Positions 29,841-38,629 of a stretch of DNA of 63,039 nucleotides are shown one piece after another. The notes under the pieces are model-generated. The model saw only the letters and a program-made list of their open reading frames with translations. It did no database searches and was not told where the DNA came from. This stretch comes from Chloroflexota bacterium. GTDB lineage: Bacteria; Chloroflexota; Anaerolineae; UBA1429. The stretch lies in NCBI GenBank assembly GCA_034722245.1, contig JAYENT010000013.1, positions 3,496-66,534 on the forward strand. Reading direction: 5' to 3'. The position numbers and the translations under genes were made by a program. Each line of letters begins with the position of its first letter. The first letter of the stretch is position 1.

Positions 29841-30611
29841 ATGCCCTCGGATTCAGCGTACCTGTCGGTCATTGTCCCCTGCTATAACGAGAGCGAGAAC
29901 TTGCAGCGCGGGGTTCTTGAGGAGATGGCTGGGTATCTCGACACGCGGGATTATGGCTACGAGGTGATCATCTCTGACGATGGCAGCAGGGATGAGAGCC
30001 AAGAGATCGTGCGTCAGCGCCTGCAGGATAAACCCCATTTCAGGCTGCTGGAAAACGAACATGGCGGAAAACCTCACGCTGTGTGGCAGGGAATCAAGGC
30101 CGCCAAGGCAGAGATCATCCTCATCACGGATATGGACCAGTCCACGCCTATAAGTGAGCTAGATCAACTACTTCCCCTTTTTGGACGAGGCTACGATGTG
30201 GTCATTGGCTCTCGGGGGGCAGAACGCGAAGGTTTCCCGCTTTATCGGAGGATGGGCTCTGACGTTTTCCGCTTCTTCCGCCGGCTGTTTCTCCTTCGAG
30301 AGATTGTGGACACCCAGTGCGGTTTCAAGGCCATGCGCACGGCGGTTGCCCGTGAGGTCTTTCCCCGGCTAGAGGTTATCCGCGAGCCCGTGTCCGTCAA
30401 AGGCTGGAGAGTTACAGCTTTTGACGTGGAACTGCTGTTTCTTGCTCAGCGTGCGGGTTACGAAATCGCCGAGGTGGAGGTGAGATGGGCAGATCGTGAC
30501 GTAAGCAGAGAGAAGGAAAGGAGCTATCTGGCCGAGTCCAAAGAGATGGCTATGCAGGTTTTGCGGGTCAAGTTCAATCAGTGGCGTGGCTTTTACGCCC
30601 GTAACGATTGA
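29841..30611 (+). CDS. GT2 glycosyltransferase (polyprenyl-phosphate glycosyltransferase-like)
   Basis: SVIVPCYNE, SDDGSRD, GK..AV..G, TDMDQST, VIGSR, DTQCGFK, FDVELL. Confidence 0.88.
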   Translation: MPSDSAYLSVIVPCYNESENLQRGVLEEMAGYLDTRDYGYEVIISDDGSRDESQEIVRQRLQDKPHFRLLENEHGGKPHAVWQGIKAAKAEIILITDMDQSTPISELDQLLPLFGRGYDVVIGSRGAEREGFPLYRRMGSDVFRFFRRLFLLREIVDTQCGFKAMRTAVAREVFPRLEVIREPVSVKGWRVTAFDVELLFLAQRAGYEIAEVEVRWADRDVSREKERSYLAESKEMAMQVLRVKFNQWRGFYARND

Positions 30612-30666
30612 CTTTAGGTGATCATATGGTCAATTTTAAGGGGTTCGCTAGTGAAGAGGCTTAACT

Positions 30667-31893
30667 ATGTCAGAGAAGTACTCTGTTCGGGCTGTGCACT
30701 GCGATCATGCTGCTACGGATGCTGGTGTCTATGAGGCGCTGAAGCGGGCCACTGATCCGCTGGAAGCAGCCTGGCAAAAGCTTGAGAACGCGCAAAGAAT
30801 CACTGTAAAGCTGAACCAGGCCTGGCCTCCGGAGAGATTGGTGCACCATGAGGGGCGACTGCAGGAGTTGGTGGACTATGGCGTGGCGCGGGCGCTATTT
30901 CGCTTGCTGCGCGAGAGAACGGACGCGGAACTGTTTTGTACAGAGATAAGCACCAGCGCCCACGGTAATCCGGAACTCTCGGTTGAGGAGACGATCACGT
31001 TGATGCCCCTGCTTCGGGAGTTCGACGTGACCTTTGTGGACGGCAACAGGCCTCCCCACAAGGTGTATCCTGTGCCGGGCGGTGGATTGATGTTCAGCCA
31101 GTACCTGCTGCCCACCTCGGTTGTGGACACGGACGCCTTTATCTCGGTGCAAAAGATAAAGAGTCATAAGTTCATGGGCGTCACACTCTGTCTCAAGAAT
31201 CTCTTTGGCTTAACACCTATGGAGCCTCACGGGCGCTCTCGCCGCTATTTCCACCACCTGGTGCGCCTGCCCTATATACTTGTCGACCTGGGGCAAATCA
31301 TCAAGCCTACGCTGAACATTGTCGACGCATTGGTGGGTCAATCGGAAAAGGAATGGGGCGGAGAAGGGCGCGTCTGTGATACCCTCGTGGCGGGAGACGA
31401 CGTCATCGCCACCGACGCGTGCGCCACTCACCTGATGGGCCACGATCCCCTGGGAGACTGGCCGGAGCAACCCTTTGTGCGGGAGCGGAACAGCCTCCTG
31501 ATAGCCCATGAAAGCGGGTTTGGCACCGCGGATTTGAGCGAAATCGATTTCAAGTCGGAAGTGGATGCGCCGGTAGCCTCCTTCCACACTGAGGAAACGG
31601 ATCCGTTCGAGACAGTGCGGGCTTGGCGGCGCTCAACCTGCGAACAGGCGCTGTATTACAGAGATTATCAAGAGGAGTTTGTGGACCGCTATGCGGGCGA
31701 ATATATTCTTCTTCAGGATAACGAGGTCAGATGGCACGGCGAGACCAGCCAGTTGGGACGTAGCCGGCGTGAACTGGCCGGCCCCCACAAGTTGAGCGCC
31801 ATGTGGTTCAAGTACGTCGATCCAGAAGAGGCTGAAGGAGAGCATTACGAGGTATATGAGGATACCCTCGCCCGACTTGAGGCGTTGGACTAG
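30667..31893 (+). CDS. DUF362 family protein with C-terminal extension
   Basis: VKLN, ISVQKIKSH...VTLCLKNLFG, P.LNIVDALVG, D.IATDA. Confidence 0.78.
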   Translation: MSEKYSVRAVHCDHAATDAGVYEALKRATDPLEAAWQKLENAQRITVKLNQAWPPERLVHHEGRLQELVDYGVARALFRLLRERTDAELFCTEISTSAHGNPELSVEETITLMPLLREFDVTFVDGNRPPHKVYPVPGGGLMFSQYLLPTSVVDTDAFISVQKIKSHKFMGVTLCLKNLFGLTPMEPHGRSRRYFHHLVRLPYILVDLGQIIKPTLNIVDALVGQSEKEWGGEGRVCDTLVAGDDVIATDACATHLMGHDPLGDWPEQPFVRERNSLLIAHESGFGTADLSEIDFKSEVDAPVASFHTEETDPFETVRAWRRSTCEQALYYRDYQEEFVDRYAGEYILLQDNEVRWHGETSQLGRSRRELAGPHKLSAMWFKYVDPEEAEGEHYEVYEDTLARLEALD

Positions 31894-31961
31894 AACTCGG
31901 CGGCCTTGAAGAAGCTAGCGGAGAGCAAAGTTTCTGCAAGGTTGGAAATAAGGAGAAGGCG

Positions 31962-33431
31962 ATGGCGGACAAAAGACCCAATGTCCTGATCTTTATGAAC
32001 GATCAGCAGCAGGGCGCCGTTCTCGATCCCGAAAGCCCCTGCAGGACGCCTCGTGCGGACGCGTTGGCGCAGGAGGGCATTCGTTTTCAGCGAGCCTACG
32101 CCACGACGGCGCATTGCTGTCCTTCGCGCGCCACGTTTATGACCGGACTCTATCCCAGTCACCACGGAATCTATAACAACGTGTTGAATCAGGCGGCGTT
32201 GAACACGTCTCTGAATCCAGGCATTGTCACCTTTGGCGAGAGATTGTCCGAGAGCGGCTATCAGATGGCGTTTTCGGGCAAATGGCACGTGTGTGCTGAC
32301 GAGGAGCCCAAGGATCGTGGCTGGAAGCAGTACCATGCCACAGCCATCAAGGGCGATTGGCATGGGAAACGTTGGGAAGCGCTTCGTGAGATGGCGCAAG
32401 AGACAGAGGATGACTCGCCGAGGGGCCGGGGCGAGCTACTGCGTCCCGGATGGGGGCGCTACAAGCTGTATGGCACCCGAGAACCGGATCCAGAGAGCGA
32501 CCCTTTTATGCCTGGCGATCTGAAGACGGTGCAGACGGGCATCCGCGCCCTGGAAGATCTGGTACAAAAGCAAGATCCCTGGTGCCTTTTCATAGGCCCC
32601 GTCGGCCCACACGATCCCTATATTGTTCCCGAGAAGTACGCCACCATGTATGATGCCGACGATGTGGAACTACCAATAAGTTTCTATGATGACATGCGCG
32701 ACAAGCCCCGCGTCTATCAACGCCAACGACGTTTCTGGGGACAGATGAGTGAAGAGGAGTACCGGGAGGCCATTGCTCACTACTGGGGCTTTTGCACCAT
32801 GCAGGATGATTTTCTGGGCATGGTGCTTGACGCCCTGGACGCTTCGGGGCAGGCGGAGGACACCCTGGTTATCTTTATGTCGGACCATGGCGATTATGCG
32901 GGCGCCCACGGACTGTTTATGAAGGGCGTAGCCCCCTTTGACGAGTGCTACCGCGTTCCTTGCGTGATGCGCTGGCCCAAAGGAATCGTTAATCCGGGAC
33001 GCACTATAGAAGAGTTTGTTACACACGCTGATTTTGCGCCGACCTTTGCGGAGCTGGCCGACGTGTCGCTTCCCAAGACGAGCGGGAGAAGCTTGTTGCC
33101 TTTCCTGGAAGACGAATCTCCAAATGATTGGCCAGACCAGATGTGTAGCCAGTTCAATGGCGTGGAATTGTACTACTCGCAGCGTTTCGTGCAGACCAAG
33201 GAATGGAAGTACGTCTACAACGGGTTCGATTTTGACGAACTTTACCATCTGAAGGAGGATCCGCATTGCATGCGCAATCTGGCCGAGGATTCTCGGTATA
33301 GGCCCGTCATTGAAGAGATGTGTCGCCGCATGTGGCGCAAGGGGTACGAGGAGCAGGACATCTTTTGCAATCCCTATCCCACGGTGAGTCTCGCTCCCTT
33401 TGGTCCCATGGTGGGCCTTCGCGATCTGTAA
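31962..33431 (+). CDS. Cys-type sulfatase
   Basis: RPNVLIFMNDQQ, CCPSRATFMTG, GKWH, PHDPY, MSDHGD..G.HG. Confidence 0.92.
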   Translation: MADKRPNVLIFMNDQQQGAVLDPESPCRTPRADALAQEGIRFQRAYATTAHCCPSRATFMTGLYPSHHGIYNNVLNQAALNTSLNPGIVTFGERLSESGYQMAFSGKWHVCADEEPKDRGWKQYHATAIKGDWHGKRWEALREMAQETEDDSPRGRGELLRPGWGRYKLYGTREPDPESDPFMPGDLKTVQTGIRALEDLVQKQDPWCLFIGPVGPHDPYIVPEKYATMYDADDVELPISFYDDMRDKPRVYQRQRRFWGQMSEEEYREAIAHYWGFCTMQDDFLGMVLDALDASGQAEDTLVIFMSDHGDYAGAHGLFMKGVAPFDECYRVPCVMRWPKGIVNPGRTIEEFVTHADFAPTFAELADVSLPKTSGRSLLPFLEDESPNDWPDQMCSQFNGVELYYSQRFVQTKEWKYVYNGFDFDELYHLKEDPHCMRNLAEDSRYRPVIEEMCRRMWRKGYEEQDIFCNPYPTVSLAPFGPMVGLRDL

Positions 33432-33445
33432 GAGCGGTGCCGCCC

Positions 33446-33473
33446 ACGGGGGCCGATGAAGGCCGGCCCCCGT
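33446..33473. terminator. GC-rich hairpin between convergent genes
   Basis: ACGGGGGCCG-N8-CGGCCCCCGT. Confidence 0.6.
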
Positions 33474-33490
33474 TATCCATCGGCTATGGC

Positions 33491-34624
33491 CTAGACATCG
33501 GCGACGCCGCCGTCGGGCCAGAAGGCGCCCTGGTAATCGCGGGATTGATAGGGTAGTTCCTTAATGGCCTCAAAGTCCAGCTCCACCCCCAGGCCGGGCT
33601 TCTCAGGGAGATTGACATAGCCATCCACGACCTCTAGGGGTTCCTTGAGTACCTGATCCCGCCAGGGTTGGTTCTGGGCGTATTCGAGAATGACGAAATT
33701 TGGGAGACAGGCGGCCAGCTGTATGGAGGCGGCCGTGGCCACGGGACCGTTGGGATTGTGGGGGGCAACGCGCACATAGTAGGTCTCTGCCATGGCGGCT
33801 ATTTTGAGTGTTTCAAGGATGCCGCCATCGTGGCACACGTCGGGTTGGATGATGTCCACGTACTGCTTCTCCAGTAGCTCTCGATAACCCCATTTGGTGA
33901 AGAGCCGCTCGCCCGTGGCCAGGTTAGTGTTCAGTTCGGCGTTTGCCAGATGCGCAAGAGTGTCCACGTTGTCGGGGGGCACGGGTTCCTCAAAAAAGAA
34001 GAGGTCGTAAGGCTCCAGGGCGCGGATCATGCGCAAGGCCTGGTTTGGTCTGTGTCGACCATGTGCGTCCATCATGATGAGGACGTCGGGTCCCACGGCC
34101 TCGCGCATGGCGCGTACTCTCTCGGCGGTTGCCTCTATACACTGCTGCTCCGTGACAAAGTCCTCGAAACCGAGGCTGCCGATCTTAAAAGCGCGCCATC
34201 CCTCATCCATCAGGGACAGAGCATTCTCGGCCAGTTCGTCCGGCGTGGCCCCGCCACAGTGGGTGTAGAGCTGGATGCGGTCGCGGCAGGCGCCGCCCAA
34301 GAGACGGTACGTCGGCACACCCAGTTCCTTTCCCGTGATGTCCCACAGGGCCTGCTCAATGCCGCTGAGCGCCGAGTTGAGCACCACGCCGCCGCGCCAG
34401 AAGCCATGGCGGTACATAATCTGCCAGTTCTGTTCCACACGCGTGGGATCGCGGCCCACGATGAAACGGGATAGATCGCTCACCGCCGCCTCCACGGCTT
34501 TCTCTTTTCCCTCCAAACTTGCCTCACCTATACCGGTGATGCCTGCATCCGTCTCCACCAGCGCAAAGGTCCAATTCTGCCGGCCCCCAAAGGCCATGAC
34601 GGTTCTGACGTTTGTGATCCGCAT
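33491..34624 (-). CDS. dgoD: Galactonate dehydratase-like (mandelate racemase/enolase superfamily)
   Basis: ETDAGITGIGEA, FWRGG.V.NSALSGIEQALWDI.GK, DAHGR, EEP, ATGER, QPD..H.GG, APHNP.GP. Confidence 0.85.
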   Translation of the reverse strand: MRITNVRTVMAFGGRQNWTFALVETDAGITGIGEASLEGKEKAVEAAVSDLSRFIVGRDPTRVEQNWQIMYRHGFWRGGVVLNSALSGIEQALWDITGKELGVPTYRLLGGACRDRIQLYTHCGGATPDELAENALSLMDEGWRAFKIGSLGFEDFVTEQQCIEATAERVRAMREAVGPDVLIMMDAHGRHRPNQALRMIRALEPYDLFFFEEPVPPDNVDTLAHLANAELNTNLATGERLFTKWGYRELLEKQYVDIIQPDVCHDGGILETLKIAAMAETYYVRVAPHNPNGPVATAASIQLAACLPNFVILEYAQNQPWRDQVLKEPLEVVDGYVNLPEKPGLGVELDFEAIKELPYQSRDYQGAFWPDGGVADV

Positions 34625-34804
34625 CTAGTCTCAACCTCTTTCAGAGTAGTGAATTGGAAGGTTTATACGTTTCGTAAGGTCTTGCTGTCAAATGGACGGC
34701 TACTCCTGGTGGGAGTTTCTCCACCGCTCGCGATTTGGGTTATAATATGTCTATGGGAGAGCGAGGAAGGCGAGGTTTGCAAAGAGGAAAGGGAGGGTGT
34801 CGTG

Positions 34805-37060
34805 ATGCAGGGGCAGGATAAGGATAGCGACCAACTTGCTACTGATGTGGCCGAACACTTGACGGAACTGCGGGGCGAAGCGCTCAATGTCCTGTTGGCT
34901 TTTCTCGGGGCGCTTGCGTACTTCTGGCTCATTGTGCTGATCTGGCTGGTTAGTGCTCGTAGGGCGCCAGGTAGCGCATGGCTTTCCGGGCTCTGCCTGC
35001 TGCTGGGCGTTGCCCTGAGTCTCTATCTGCGGCTTTATAACGTCGACGTGGCATCGCTCTTTCTCGTTTGTATGGTGGTGGCGTCTTTGGCCTATGCTAT
35101 CATCATCTTCAGATTACCGGGGCTTGCCTACTTGTTCGTCATTCCCGTGGCTTTGATTGGCGTCCTGTTGGGGCCTCGGGCGACGGGCATCGCGGCGGCA
35201 GTTTGCCTCTTCTTGGTTGTTGGCATGGGGTACTTTGCCCTAGGTCTGTCTCCCTTTTCCACTTCTGTGTTTTTGCCTGCCCTCGTCATCTCTTTGATTA
35301 CCCTTTCCTCGTGGCTCTCGGAGAAGAACCTCTATACCTCCTTGACGTGGGCCTTGAAGGCATACAGGCGTGCTCAGCATAAAGAAAAGGCTCTTAGAAC
35401 GAGGACGGGGGAGCTCCGTGAGGCGCTCAAGGCCCTCGACGAGGCGAGCTATCGGCTTGAACGCGCCAACTATATGTTAGCACGGGCCCGCGCAGAGGCG
35501 GAAAGGGCGCGACGGCTGAAACAGGAATTTGCGCAAAATATCAGCCATGAGCTTCGCACGCCCCTCAATCTGATCATCGGATTTACCAAACTGATGGCGC
35601 AATCGCCCGAATACTATGGCGAGCCCCTTTCTCCCGCCTATCTGCGCGATCTGAGCATCGTGCACCGCAACGCAGCGCATCTGGGCGATCTGGTGAATGA
35701 CGTACTCGACCTGGCGCGTATTGAGGCGGATCAGATGGGTTTGGCACTGGAGAAAGTTGCCCCTGCCGATTTAGTGAAGGAGGCCGTTGAGACAATTCGC
35801 AGTTTGATCGAGTCTCAGGGCTTGACTCTGCACGTGGAAATGGACGCCGACCTCCCCCAACTCTGGGTGGATCCGACGCGAATCCGCCAGGTGCTGTTCA
35901 ACCTTTTGAACAACGCGGCCCGTTTTACGCAGAAGGGCGGTGTCACCGTGCGCGTAGAGGGGATCGACGATCAAGTGCGTTTCTCCGTGATTGACACAGG
36001 TATTGGAATCGCTGAGGAAGAGCTGTCCGACGTCTTTCAGGAGTTTCACCAGATACAGGGGAAGGTAAGCCAAGGGCAGGGTGGGACAGGTTTGGGGCTG
36101 GCGATTAGCAAGGAATTCGTGGAAATGCACGGGGGCCGCATCTGGGTGGAGAGCGAACTCGGTCGAGGCAGTGCCTTCTCTTTCACAATTCCTGTGCAGA
36201 AGGCGGATGAGCTGGTGTTGCCAAGGGGAGTCCAGCGTGAAGAGGTGAGCGGTGTACGGCCCAAGCGTGATCAGCGCATACTGCTGGCGGTAACAAAGAG
36301 TGTGTCGGGTATGGGCCTGTTGTCCCGTCACTTGCGAGATGTCAGGACGGTCATTGCCCAGGATCTTCAGGATGGTCAGGAGATAGCTCGGCAATTCCTG
36401 CCTCAGGCCGTATTCATTGACACCTGCTCCGTAGAGGCCGACGAGGAGACGCTGCAGGATATTGGGCGTAGGTGGAATTTACCCTATATCCCCTTTATTG
36501 CCTGTCCTTTGCCTAGTGAAGAATTCTGGCGCCAAGAACTCACCGTGGATGGCTATCTGGTCAAGCCGGTGGAGCGAGATGAGCTCTGGGATGTGCTGCG
36601 ACGATTCGGCAAAGAGGTTGATAAGATTCTGGTTGTGGATGACGATAAGGACTTTGTGAGGTTGCTTGGGAGACTCCTTGACAACCCCGTTCGGCGCTAT
36701 CAAGTTCATGGCGCCTATACGGGGCAAGAGGCTCTGGAGGTTGCGCGCCGGTGGCATCCGGATTTGCTACTGCTTGACCTCGTGCTTCCTCCTGGCATGC
36801 AAGGCGCAAAGGTTGTGCGGAGTATAAGAGAGGATCCCAATCTGCGTGACATTCCCATTGTCGTGGTCTCGGGCAAAGAAGGTGATGATGATGGCGAGAA
36901 CTTGGAGGGTGCTTTGAGAGTGACGCGCGCTTCGGGATTGAGAACGTCAGAGATCGTCGATTGGGTCCAGGAGATACTTGACAAAGCCGCCTGCGATGGG
37001 GTTCAGAAAGAGCAAGCGACGAAGGAGACAACAAGTATTCCGCCCCCCGGGCAGAGCTAA
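34805..37060 (+). CDS. Multi-TM hybrid sensor histidine kinase (HisKA-HATPase-degenerate REC-REC)
   Basis: About 6 N-terminal TM helices, ISHELRTPL H-box, NLLNNA, DTGIGI, GGTGLGL, ILVVDDD..LLLDLVLP. ATG 34805 after GGAGG. Confidence 0.9.
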   Translation: MQGQDKDSDQLATDVAEHLTELRGEALNVLLAFLGALAYFWLIVLIWLVSARRAPGSAWLSGLCLLLGVALSLYLRLYNVDVASLFLVCMVVASLAYAIIIFRLPGLAYLFVIPVALIGVLLGPRATGIAAAVCLFLVVGMGYFALGLSPFSTSVFLPALVISLITLSSWLSEKNLYTSLTWALKAYRRAQHKEKALRTRTGELREALKALDEASYRLERANYMLARARAEAERARRLKQEFAQNISHELRTPLNLIIGFTKLMAQSPEYYGEPLSPAYLRDLSIVHRNAAHLGDLVNDVLDLARIEADQMGLALEKVAPADLVKEAVETIRSLIESQGLTLHVEMDADLPQLWVDPTRIRQVLFNLLNNAARFTQKGGVTVRVEGIDDQVRFSVIDTGIGIAEEELSDVFQEFHQIQGKVSQGQGGTGLGLAISKEFVEMHGGRIWVESELGRGSAFSFTIPVQKADELVLPRGVQREEVSGVRPKRDQRILLAVTKSVSGMGLLSRHLRDVRTVIAQDLQDGQEIARQFLPQAVFIDTCSVEADEETLQDIGRRWNLPYIPFIACPLPSEEFWRQELTVDGYLVKPVERDELWDVLRRFGKEVDKILVVDDDKDFVRLLGRLLDNPVRRYQVHGAYTGQEALEVARRWHPDLLLLDLVLPPGMQGAKVVRSIREDPNLRDIPIVVVSGKEGDDDGENLEGALRVTRASGLRTSEIVDWVQEILDKAACDGVQKEQATKETTSIPPPGQS

Positions 37061-38305
37061 TTAGCTGTTCTGCGATATCTTTTGATTTATGGAAGCCAGG
37101 GTGGAGATCAATTTGTCTTCGGTGATCGGCTTTTCAAGGAAAACGGCGGCGCCCAGGGCCAGAGCTAAGCGCTTGGCGCTCAGGACGGTGCAGACGACGA
37201 CGGGGATATGCTCCGTTGTGGGTTGATTGGACAGGGTTTGCAGTACGTCCCATCCATCCTGATCGGGCATCATCAGGTCCAGAACGATGATATCCGGCTG
37301 GCGCGATCTGGCCAGGGAGAGCGCCTCGCTGCCACTTTGGGCCTTGAGGACCACATAGTTATGGGGGCAGAGGTAACGCTCGAAGAGTGCTAACATATCC
37401 TCATTGTCGTCAACCACGAGAACCGTTGAGAGATGCTTACTGGGCACCCGGAGACGGAATCCTTGCATGCCTTCTCTATCCTCGATGGGATCCAGCCCTA
37501 TCTGCTGAATCTGTGCCAGTTCTCTCAGCACTGTGATCTCTTTTTCTCGTTGTAGGCTGAGATTGGAGATCGTGTTCTGGCAGGTGCTCCTCACGAAGAG
37601 TTCCACTTCGTTCTCACCAATACCGTAGCGGATCTCCAGTTGGCCTCCTTGCATGGCGCCCAGCAGGAAATCAAGGGTCTCCAACAAGACTTGCCGCAGG
37701 GCGTTCTTTTCCACCATGAGAGGTGAGGGGGATTCTGGCGCCTCTATAGAGATATGGACACCCCTTTGTTTTGCCAAATCCTGTGCTAACGAGACTGCAC
37801 CATTGATGACGTCGGTGACCGGCGCATACCTTTCGGATTGCATTGCGCGTGCTGCGCTTAGGCGCAGCAATTCCATGCGGCCGAGATCGCTTGGTTCGGT
37901 TTGGGTGTCCTCTTCTTCATCCGTTGCGGAAGGTGTGACCATGTGTCTGTCCCACAGCAGGGTGGCGATGTCCTCGATGGCCTTCTTGTAGGCTCGATAG
38001 TAGGTGCGCCTGCTGATGGCCAGGCGGTCTGCAATGGTTTCGGGCGTGAGGCCTTCCAGGTGATGAAGCACCATCACGCGGTGGCGACGCCACGCGTGAG
38101 AAAAGGGGGGCGCATCGGGCCCCGGATCCAGGTCATCAATGGTGTTTATCAAGGCGTGGTGCAGCGCCCAGGCCTTCTCTGTTCGGGTTTGAGAGGATTC
38201 CTCCGTCAGAAGGGGTATCAATGGACTCGTGCGCAGGGCAACGATGTCGTAGAGGTGACTATAGGCTGTCGCCACGTGGGCGGTGAATTCGTTTTCATCC
38301 AACAT
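37061..38305 (-). CDS. Atypical response regulator: N-terminal HTH, degenerate HATPase-like middle, C-terminal REC
   Basis: HHLEGLTPETIADRLAISRRTYYR (sigma region-4-like HTH), LRQVLLETL, VLVVDDN..PDIIVLDLMMP..DGW..KP. Confidence 0.82.
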   Translation of the reverse strand: MLDENEFTAHVATAYSHLYDIVALRTSPLIPLLTEESSQTRTEKAWALHHALINTIDDLDPGPDAPPFSHAWRRHRVMVLHHLEGLTPETIADRLAISRRTYYRAYKKAIEDIATLLWDRHMVTPSATDEEEDTQTEPSDLGRMELLRLSAARAMQSERYAPVTDVINGAVSLAQDLAKQRGVHISIEAPESPSPLMVEKNALRQVLLETLDFLLGAMQGGQLEIRYGIGENEVELFVRSTCQNTISNLSLQREKEITVLRELAQIQQIGLDPIEDREGMQGFRLRVPSKHLSTVLVVDDNEDMLALFERYLCPHNYVVLKAQSGSEALSLARSRQPDIIVLDLMMPDQDGWDVLQTLSNQPTTEHIPVVVCTVLSAKRLALALGAAVFLEKPITEDKLISTLASINQKISQNS

Positions 38306-38321
38306 AGACGAAATCCAAAGA

Positions 38322-38339
38322 TGGCACAGGTTGGCACAG
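38322..38339. promoter_or_regulatory. Direct repeat TGGCACAG-N2-TGGCACAG, candidate regulator binding site
   Basis: Two exact 8-mers with a 10-bp period, 17 bp upstream of the -35 of the ABC operon promoter. Confidence 0.55.
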
Positions 38340-38356
38340 ATATGACGCTAAGAGCC

Positions 38357-38385
38357 TTGACATTTTGGGTTGCTAGCTTTATAAT
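38357..38385 (+). promoter_or_regulatory. Perfect-consensus sigma70 promoter for the ABC transporter operon
   Basis: TTGACA-N17-TATAAT. Confidence 0.8.
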
Positions 38386-38420
38386 AACGTAGGAAGAGGC
38401 GGGATATTCTGACACCATCC

Positions 38421-38449
38421 ATTCTATCGCCTTTGTGCTTTGGTGTCAA
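38421..38449 (-). promoter_or_regulatory. sigma70 promoter for the response regulator
   Basis: Minus strand TTGACA-N17-TAGAAT. Confidence 0.72.
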
Positions 38450-38629
38450 AGAATTCTCTGTAGCGGCCAAGAGGTCTGAGCATTTTGCGTCATCCGTGGT
38501 CGTGATTGGGGAGATGCTGGGCACCAGGGTTATTCAAGCTTCTTGTAACAGGAAAGGGGGGAAGGGTAGAAGATTTGGCTCCGTTTTTTAGACGATGTTG
38601 CATTCTAGAAGATGAGTTATGATAGGAGG

